Part shown: positions 58,503 through 64,000 of the stretch, piece by piece
How positions within the stretch are numbered: position 1 is the stretch's first letter
Layout of the letters: every line of letters begins with the position of its first letter
Assembly (NCBI GenBank): GCA_041399065.1
Contig: JAWKTN010000003.1
Location: 87,511 to 151,510, forward strand
Direction: 5' to 3'
DNA: 64,000 bases
Origin: Pirellulaceae bacterium
Lineage (GTDB): Bacteria; Planctomycetota; Planctomycetia; Pirellulales; Pirellulaceae
The notes under the pieces: generated by a model
The model's database searches: none
Seen by the model: the letters and a program-made list of their open reading frames with translations, nothing else
Told to the model about the DNA's origin: nothing
Program-made: the position numbers and the translations under genes

Positions 58503-59609
58503 ATGTCAGTACGTTCGTTGAAGAGACGAGGTTTCACGCTCGTCGAACTGTTGGTGGTGATTGCGATCATCGCCCTGCTGGTCTTGCTCTTGCTGCCAGC
58601 AATCAATGCTGCTCGCGAAGCAGCACGTCGTAATTCATGCATTAATACGGCACGTCAGTTGGGCTTGGCCTGCTTGAACCTGGAAAGTGCCACGCGTACG
58701 TATCCGTTGGCGAGCGACGCGGAATACAGGATTCTGGCAAGTACGTCGAAGGCGATGCAGCCGATCCTCGGCGGCGGCACCAGCAGCCCAAAACCTGGCA
58801 GCATTGCTGCCGGTACGATGGCGGGCTACAGCTGGATCGTGAAGATTCTTCCCTACATGGAAGAACAAAACATCTACGATACGATCTCGCAACAAGGCAA
58901 CAAGTTCCAGGTTGCGGCCTTCGATACCACCATGGTATTGCCAGGCTCGACCAACCATATTTCCAGCCGCATGATCCCTTCGGTTCACTGTGCCAGCTAC
59001 GCCGGTGACGAAGATGCTCAGGGTCGTGAATACCAACGCTACAAGTCCTCGGGCACCAACTACGTAGCCATCCCTGGTACTCACATGGAAAATCAATCCG
59101 GCCTCGGCTTGGCGGTCAAAGAAAACGGTGTGATCATCTCGGCTCGAGCTGGCCGCGGTAAAGGCCTTCGCGTTGGTGACATCTCGGACGGTGGTTCGAA
59201 GACAATCATCATCACCGAAACCAAAGAAGAGAAGTATAACGCCTGGATGGACGGTCAAGCCGCTTGGGTACAAGTCATGCCCTCGAACTCGGCGATCGTT
59301 CCGATCCGGTCACCCAAAGATGGCTTCCTCTCCATGCCCACGACCGTTACGCACATGCTGAACGTTGGTCGTGACCCAGCGAAAGTTAAACAGGGGATCA
59401 CGCAGGTTCCTTACATGACCGCCGCTACCTACCGCTCGGCGGAAGATCGTGACTGGGGCCCCAGTAGCGATCACGCGGGTGGTGTTGTAATCATGACCTT
59501 CGGTGATGTGCATACCAAGGCCGTCGCGGACCAAGTCGATTCGACCGTCCTCTATCGCCTCTGCACACGCAATGGCCGTGAACCTGCAAATGAAGATGAC
59601 ATCAACTAA
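58503..59609 (+). CDS. DUF1559 (H-X9-DG) protein with a prepilin-type N-terminal cleavage/methylation motif
   Basis: Start at the ATG at 58503 (GGGAGGTG upstream). RRGFTLVELLVVIAIIALLVLLLLPAINAAREAARRNSC. C-terminal HAGGVVIMTFGDV. Confidence 0.85.
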   Translation: MSVRSLKRRGFTLVELLVVIAIIALLVLLLLPAINAAREAARRNSCINTARQLGLACLNLESATRTYPLASDAEYRILASTSKAMQPILGGGTSSPKPGSIAAGTMAGYSWIVKILPYMEEQNIYDTISQQGNKFQVAAFDTTMVLPGSTNHISSRMIPSVHCASYAGDEDAQGREYQRYKSSGTNYVAIPGTHMENQSGLGLAVKENGVIISARAGRGKGLRVGDISDGGSKTIIITETKEEKYNAWMDGQAAWVQVMPSNSAIVPIRSPKDGFLSMPTTVTHMLNVGRDPAKVKQGITQVPYMTAATYRSAEDRDWGPSSDHAGGVVIMTFGDVHTKAVADQVDSTVLYRLCTRNGREPANEDDIN

Positions 59610-59712
59610 CTTGTTGGCGCCGAGCAGTTGTTCCCAACTGTTCCCCGTCTGTGGCAACGGCCACAAACGATTAAGTTAGCTTGATGAACCTTAATGGTTA
59701 GAATAACATTGA

Positions 59713-59747
59713 CAATCGCCCAAGGCCCCCTTGGGCGATTGTTTTTT
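59713..59747 (+). terminator. Rho-independent terminator
   Basis: A 13-bp perfect stem, caatcgcccaagg (59713-59725) pairing with ccttgggcgattg (59729-59741), a 3-nt loop, then tttttt. Confidence 0.8.
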
Positions 59748-59851
59748 ATAGTTTGACTCTTCGTGCCCCCTGCGGCTACGTGAGATAGTCTGCCCGCCAA
59801 CCAACCACGTTTCCTTGCCACCGCAAAAGATCACCAGGAGCCCACACGCCA

Positions 59852-60202
59852 ATGAGTTCGACTGGATCGTCCACCAAACCGCTTGAGATATCCGTGAAGG
59901 CAACGCACCAGATGCTGGTGGAAGGCGCCGAGTTCTGTTTTGTTGATTGCCGCACGCCAGGCGAGTCCGCCACAGCGTCGATTGCCAGTGCAACGCTCAT
60001 CCCCATGGAGACGTTAGCCGACCGATTAGGTGACTTACCTGAGGACAAAGGGCACCATATCGTCGTTCATTGCCACCACGGTGGGCGGAGCCTCCGAGTC
60101 ACGCACTGGCTAAGACAGCAAGGTTACCTCAATTGTCAAAGCATGGCCGGCGGCATCGACGCTTGGTCCGATCAGATAGATCCTACGGTTCCGAAATACT
60201 GA
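59852..60202 (+). CDS. Single-domain rhodanese-like sulfurtransferase
   Basis: 116 aa with active-site loop VVHCHHGGRS. Confidence 0.8.
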   Translation: MSSTGSSTKPLEISVKATHQMLVEGAEFCFVDCRTPGESATASIASATLIPMETLADRLGDLPEDKGHHIVVHCHHGGRSLRVTHWLRQQGYLNCQSMAGGIDAWSDQIDPTVPKY

Positions 60203-60280
60203 CCATGATGTACCCCTCTTGCTGTTATCCGTTGGCGTGACCTATAACTAGGAAATCAATTGACACGGCATGCCGTGTTT

Positions 60281-60365
60281 GGGCTTGTGGCGGAATTGGC
60301 AGACGCGCTAGACTCAGGATCTAGTCCGGGTTAACCGGGTGGAGGTTCGAATCCTCTCAGGCCCA
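60281..60365 (+). tRNA. tRNA-Leu (anticodon CAG)
   Basis: Acceptor stem gggcttg / caggccc (one G-U pair). D-stem gcg/cgc with a long D-loop. Anticodon stem ctaga/tctag with loop ctCAGga. Long variable arm tccgggttaaccgggt. T-arm ggagg-ttcgaat-cctct. Discriminator A. CCA is not encoded. Confidence 0.85.
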
Positions 60366-60500
60366 CTCAACGGCTTCATGCCCAACGTCGCGCCCGATCG
60401 GCGTCAAGATTCGGTGACGCTTGATCTCTCCGCGTCACCGGCCACTACGCTCCTTGAGGCCCAGCTCCTTGAGGCCCATCTGTAACGCTCCGGTGTCACA

Positions 60501-60655
60501 CTTGGCCCCCTCGCCGGCTTGCCCGGCAGGAGCCACAGTTTGGTTGGCTAGCGGTTCCGCGACTTCACCACCCCGGCCGAGGCGGGTGTGACAACGATTG
60601 GCACCATAGCTTTCAAACTGTGGCTCCTGCCGGGCAAGCCGGCGAGGGGGCCAAG
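60501..60655. repeat. 42-bp perfect inverted repeat with a 71-bp spacer
   Basis: Arm 1 (60501-60542) is cttggccccctcgccggcttgcccggcaggagccacagtttg. Arm 2 (60614-60655) is its exact reverse complement. It lies about 135 bp downstream of tRNA-Leu. Confidence 0.95.
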
Positions 60656-61084
60656 GAACGACACAATGTTAGTCTCGTTTTGCCATTCGCGTCAGTATTC
60701 ACTAACTCGCTGCACTTGCCAGAGCCGAACTGCCGCATGTATGTCGTCCCTCCGGGCCTGGCGTGCGGGGGAGCACGCCACCGGCAGAGGTTGTTGCGGC
60801 CCCCACGGCCGAAGGCCTGGAAGGCCTTTGCATCGATAGAACGAACGCCACCTCGAGCTCGCCGTCCCAGGGCCGAAGGCCCGACACAGTTGTGTTACGG
60901 TCCAGCGCCGGGATCGCAGTCATACTCAGAATCCCGGTACTCGTACGCACCCGTCGTCGATCGACAAGGGGTCAACATTCGTTCCATTGCCGCCGCGATC
61001 ATCGAGTACGAGTAGGAGTACCGCTGTGCTGAGTACGAGCACGGCGAAGTGCCACCCGGGTCTTTGACGCCAGCGCGTCGTGCC

Positions 61085-61215
61085 TTGCGGCGTCGCCGCG
61101 ATACGGCTGGGACAGCCGTGGAACTTTGGCAGAACGAATTGGTTCAGTGGGCGGCGAGAAGTAGCTGAGCGGTCAGGGTCGACGTTGCTCGCCGCTCCAC
61201 TGCATCCGCTAGTTC
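61085..61215. repeat. Copy of an ~100-bp imperfect-palindromic repeat family, with a gctgggacagccgtggaac head
   Basis: cggctgggacagccgtggaactttggcagaacgaattGGTTCAGTGGGCGGCGagaag...ctCGCCGCTCCACTGcatccgctagttcgtctcgatcgg. The left arm GGTTCAGTGGGCGGCG is nearly complementary to the right arm CGCCGCTCCACTG. It shares both arms and its flanks with the element at 63561-63668, and its head with 19619-19690. Confidence 0.8.
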
Positions 61216-61303
61216 GTCTCGATCGGCGTGCAAGTGATGTTGCCGACATTGGATGTGGTTGTACAATCTAATGTCGTGGGTTTGAATCTTTAGGAGTTCT
61301 GAC

Positions 61304-61555
61304 ATGATTTCCAATGAGAGCCGAGCAATAGCGGAAGAGGCGAAAAAACTCTATGAGTCTGGTCTTAGGGATGCCCTGGAACGCAACAGTTTTGGAAAAT
61401 ACGTGTCGATCGAGCCGCAATCCGGTGATCATTTTGTCGGTGAGACTTTTGACGATGCAGTTAATGCTGCCATCGACAAATATCCCTCGCGATTGACCCA
61501 CACAATCCGTGTCGGTCACCGGGCAGCATTTCATCTGGGAGTCCTGGAACAGTGA
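61304..61555 (+). CDS. Small hypothetical protein, translationally coupled (ATGA overlap) to the downstream gene; lower GC than the surroundings
   Basis: 83-aa ORF. The locally reduced GC content extends through the partner gene. Its stop overlaps the next start. Confidence 0.5.
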   Translation: MISNESRAIAEEAKKLYESGLRDALERNSFGKYVSIEPQSGDHFVGETFDDAVNAAIDKYPSRLTHTIRVGHRAAFHLGVLEQ

Positions 61556-61914
61556 TTGGATTTGTAGATGAAGAACTAAGGGCACTTCTTCAAGTTCAAG
61601 TGTCCGCCGAGAAGGGCGGCGAAAAGACACCTTTGGACGTCTGGGTTGACACGGCATTCAACGGTGGGCTGGTAATTCCGAGAGACAGAATTGCGGTCCT
61701 GGGATTGTCGAAATCGTCGTCCACGGAGGCCATTCTCGCCGACGGCCAGCTGGTGGAACTGGAAACATTCGCGTGCTATCTCGACTGGTTTGGAACAGAA
61801 TATCGCACACAAGTGATCGCTAATGACGGACAGTTCCCGTTGTTGGGGACAATGTTGCTCGCCAAACGCCGATTGTTGGTGGACTACTCGAAACGGGCGT
61901 TGTCTCTGGAGTAG
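61552..61914 (+). CDS. Putative retropepsin-like (clan AA) aspartic peptidase domain protein
   Basis: 120 aa. VWVDTAFNGGLVIPRDRIAVLGL resembles the D-T/S-G-A catalytic loop context (DTA instead of DTG). Its size fits single-domain bacterial retropepsin-like proteins. Low confidence. Confidence 0.4.
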   Translation: MIGFVDEELRALLQVQVSAEKGGEKTPLDVWVDTAFNGGLVIPRDRIAVLGLSKSSSTEAILADGQLVELETFACYLDWFGTEYRTQVIANDGQFPLLGTMLLAKRRLLVDYSKRALSLE

Positions 61915-61935
61915 TCGCGCGACGAACGGTTGGAT

Positions 61936-62166
61936 TCACCGAGCCGACGGAGTAGAGCCACCATCAAGCTGCGGCTGTTCGTCGGCTTCGGTGCAATCCT
62001 TGGTTCGTCCATACGGTCCCTGATCTGCCAAGTTGATCGTACGCGCACGTAGGGACTTTTGTATTGACGCGTAATACTCACGCAGTCGTTTCGGATCATG
62101 TCCGACTTCGGCGGAGATCTCGTGCCGTACCCTTCGTACTTCTTCGAGTATGGGCGGAGTTGTCAT
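61936..62166 (-). CDS. Small hypothetical protein downstream of the PIN gene (possible antitoxin-like partner)
   Basis: 76 aa, 4 nt downstream of the PIN ORF on the same strand. No family recognised. Confidence 0.35.
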   Translation of the reverse strand: MTTPPILEEVRRVRHEISAEVGHDPKRLREYYASIQKSLRARTINLADQGPYGRTKDCTEADEQPQLDGGSTPSAR

Positions 62167-62170
62167 GTTC

Positions 62171-62641
62171 TTACGCTCCCCCGAGCAATTCCATTGGAGT
62201 AACTAGTTCTGGAGTGAACAATCCAAGTATACCATTGATCCGGCGAATTTGCCCAAACTTGTTCGCATTGGCTAAGTGCTCGCAGATCCAAGTTACGAGG
62301 AAGTCACAACGATGGTAGGACGCTAATGCCAAATGCAACGCGTCCCCGAAGGGATCGGCCGGCATTAGTTTGTTTGCTAAGTAGGCCTCCACGATTTCAA
62401 AGACGGGATCGTTCAATTCCAACATCTCAATCGAGTTCAACATTTCCAAGCAATCGTCGCGGCCGGGAAAGTCGCCGCGGCGAAGTTCGTCCAATACGGC
62501 GGCGCTGGAGACGATACGATCGGAAGTGATTGCAACGTCGTACCATCTTCGCGTCCAGTCTCGGCGTGCCACCATCTCGGGCTCGGCGCGTACCTCGTGG
62601 TAGAAACTCGGAATCGTCGTCTCAATGTAGTAGATTGCCAT
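62171..62641 (-). CDS. PIN-domain protein (VapC-like putative toxin)
   Basis: N-terminal IYYIETTI. Acidic residues are appropriately spaced. The C-terminal DPFGDALHLALASYHRCDFLVTWICEHLAN matches the PIN consensus D..DA.IAA.A....lvT.d..F. Confidence 0.55.
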   Translation of the reverse strand: MAIYYIETTIPSFYHEVRAEPEMVARRDWTRRWYDVAITSDRIVSSAAVLDELRRGDFPGRDDCLEMLNSIEMLELNDPVFEIVEAYLANKLMPADPFGDALHLALASYHRCDFLVTWICEHLANANKFGQIRRINGILGLFTPELVTPMELLGGA

Positions 62642-62708
62642 CCATTACTCTTAGAACAAACGGTTGCGATAACGGGGGGCGAGCGGAAGGCCTCGACTTC
62701 AAGACCGA

Positions 62709-62948
62709 CTACGCCGAGCCCTCCCGTTCATCCCATGGTTCTGTCGCGCGTTGTCTATCGGGAAAGGGGTCTGTAGTGGAGAGTTCACCGGTCGGTGTTT
62801 CGTAATACAGTCGGCCGTTAATCGAGTACACATTCGGGACACCCAACCGCCTATTCGCTTCTTGCGACTTCGCAACACCGCGTTTTCCAATGCGCACGAT
62901 TTCGTCGATCGCGGCATAGGTTTCAGCAGATAACTGAGATCGGATCAT
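62709..62948 (-). CDS. Small hypothetical protein overlapping (4 nt) the upstream P-loop kinase gene
   Basis: 79-aa ORF with an ATGA-type overlap with 62945..63526. Confidence 0.35.
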   Translation of the reverse strand: MIRSQLSAETYAAIDEIVRIGKRGVAKSQEANRRLGVPNVYSINGRLYYETPTGELSTTDPFPDRQRATEPWDEREGSA

Positions 62949-63526
62949 GGCAAATCGCCAACTAGTGCTAAGAAGGCTGCAAACAGGTCGGAGTCACGGA
63001 CGGCGGTTTGATCGCCTGCTCCGACAGCAATGTCTTCTAGGGTCATCGCTCCATTGTAGAGTAAAACCCAACTATCGGCCAGTTCACGATAGGTCGACCA
63101 AAAGTTGCGAATGGACCTTGTAAATCGACGTCGGATGTCGGACTCAGGCACGTCGTGGCCACCCGCTCGGACACGTTCGGCGACACGAGCCACACAAACA
63201 CCGGCTGATTCGACAAACAGGAAAGCAATACTGACCGTGTAACCGGTGTCGCGAGCCGAAGCGAGAAAGTTCCGCATGGTCAGTCCAGAAAGCGTGGACT
63301 CGCAAACGAATGATAGCTTCTGTGATATGTTCGCTTCGATTGCGCGAATGAACTGACGTGCTGCGGCGATCTCGGCGGCAGCAGGATTCAGTGGATTCAG
63401 TGTCGCTGCAATGGCATCCGCACTGACGTATGGTAAGGCCAGTTCATCGGCGTATTCGATCGCAAGAGTTGTCTTGCCCGATCCGTTTGGGCCACCGACG
63501 ATGAGGAGCTGAGGTCGTTCTTCCAA
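62945..63526 (-). CDS. P-loop NTPase of the zeta-toxin / AAA_33 kinase-like family
   Basis: Walker A LLIVGGPNGSGKTTLA near the N-terminus. 193 aa. Its size and motif placement resemble zeta-toxin-like phosphotransferases. Confidence 0.55.
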   Translation of the reverse strand: MEERPQLLIVGGPNGSGKTTLAIEYADELALPYVSADAIAATLNPLNPAAAEIAAARQFIRAIEANISQKLSFVCESTLSGLTMRNFLASARDTGYTVSIAFLFVESAGVCVARVAERVRAGGHDVPESDIRRRFTRSIRNFWSTYRELADSWVLLYNGAMTLEDIAVGAGDQTAVRDSDLFAAFLALVGDLP

Positions 63527-63560
63527 TCAATACTCCTTCGCTCGATCTGAGTCAGTGAAG

Positions 63561-63668
63561 CGACAGAACGCTACGGTTCAGTGGGCGGCGTGAGTTGACT
63601 TTCCATCCGAACACGCCCGGTTACGCCGCTCCACTCAAACCGTTGGTTCGGCGACTGCGATCGGACAT
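63561..63668. repeat. Second copy of the imperfect-palindromic repeat family
   Basis: cagaacgctacGGTTCAGTGGGCGGCGtgagttgactttccatccgaacacgcccggttaCGCCGCTCCACTCaaaccgttggttcggcgactgcgatcgg. Compare 61085-61215. Confidence 0.8.
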
Positions 63669-63675
63669 CCTCCAT

Positions 63676-63960
63676 TCACGCGATTTCCAGCTCACTGCCC
63701 AGATCTTCGATGTTTTTACCCATGGCCTCGGCATATAGCACGTCTGGACAAAAATCGACTCCATTCGGCCAGACTATCGTGCCAGCTTCGTGGTCGACCC
63801 GAACTTGGGCAAAAACGTTGAGGTCTTGGAGAGCCGTAAAGACGCCCCCGCGTCCAGCTATCCGGCTGCGGAAGTCGAGATTCGCGACAGTGCCATCAGT
63901 AAAACTGATTTGAAGTTCGTAATCGCTGATGTGGCGTACGCCGGTCACTCGCGGAAACAT
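63676..63960 (-). CDS. DUF2442-family small protein (usually paired with DUF4160 in TA-like modules)
   Basis: 94 aa. ISDYELQISFTDGTVANLDF...VDHEAGTIVWPNGVDFCPDVLY fits DUF2442. The partner would lie beyond the window end. Confidence 0.55.
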   Translation of the reverse strand: MFPRVTGVRHISDYELQISFTDGTVANLDFRSRIAGRGGVFTALQDLNVFAQVRVDHEAGTIVWPNGVDFCPDVLYAEAMGKNIEDLGSELEIA

Positions 63961-64000
63961 TCAATACACTCCTAGTCCAAGGGGTCAATTCTCTGAGGTG

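Noticed and set aside
60588-61032. ORFs 60588..60839, 60620..61015 and 60763..61032 in the post-tRNA region
   Set aside because: The region is dominated by inverted and direct repeats. The translations are Arg/Pro-rich without motifs. More likely non-coding structured or mobile DNA.

Overview
High-GC (~60%) chromosomal segment, most likely from a Planctomycetota (Pirellulales-like) genome. The taxon call is inference from several things seen in the sequence: two DUF1559 'H-X9-DG' prepilin-like proteins; LExRxLL-type N-terminal motifs on secreted proteins; giant multi-repeat proteins; and fae plus mtd tetrahydromethanopterin C1 genes. The window is mostly core and housekeeping functions. These include a 7TM-HDIG gene next to phoH; an oadG-oadB-oadA Na+-decarboxylase cluster; the RNase P RNA gene rnpB, which the ORF track misses; and a TIGR01212 radical-SAM gene. 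Further along are an LplT-Aas triple-domain fusion, an SLC13 permease, fae, mtdB, rdgB, citrate synthase, a P-type ATPase, the CCA enzyme, a rhodanese and tRNA-Leu(CAG). The best candidate for a previously undescribed system is a tight three-gene operon on the minus strand. It runs NfeD/YqiJ-like membrane protein, then flotillin (SPFH), then a 1741-aa single-P-loop MoxR/AAA_5-like ATPase with long coiled-coils (25731..33817). It abuts a convergent 1420-aa secreted VWA (MIDAS) protein that carries a 70-residue Gly/Met tract. The second notable region lies downstream of tRNA-Leu (60.4-64 kb). It is a lower-GC islet of small coupled gene pairs: a PIN toxin, a zeta-toxin-like P-loop kinase, DUF2442 and a retropepsin-like protein. 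It is punctuated by a 42-bp perfect inverted repeat and by copies of an ~100-bp imperfect-palindromic repeat family that also occurs at 19.6 kb. Other oddities: short in-frame tandem duplications at several gene 5' ends, a 16-bp x4 tandem array in the fae divergent promoter, and a tandem-repeat-encoded poly-acidic tail on an HlyD-like adaptor. Many long antisense ORFs in the track are artefacts of high GC. No CRISPR array or rRNA was seen.
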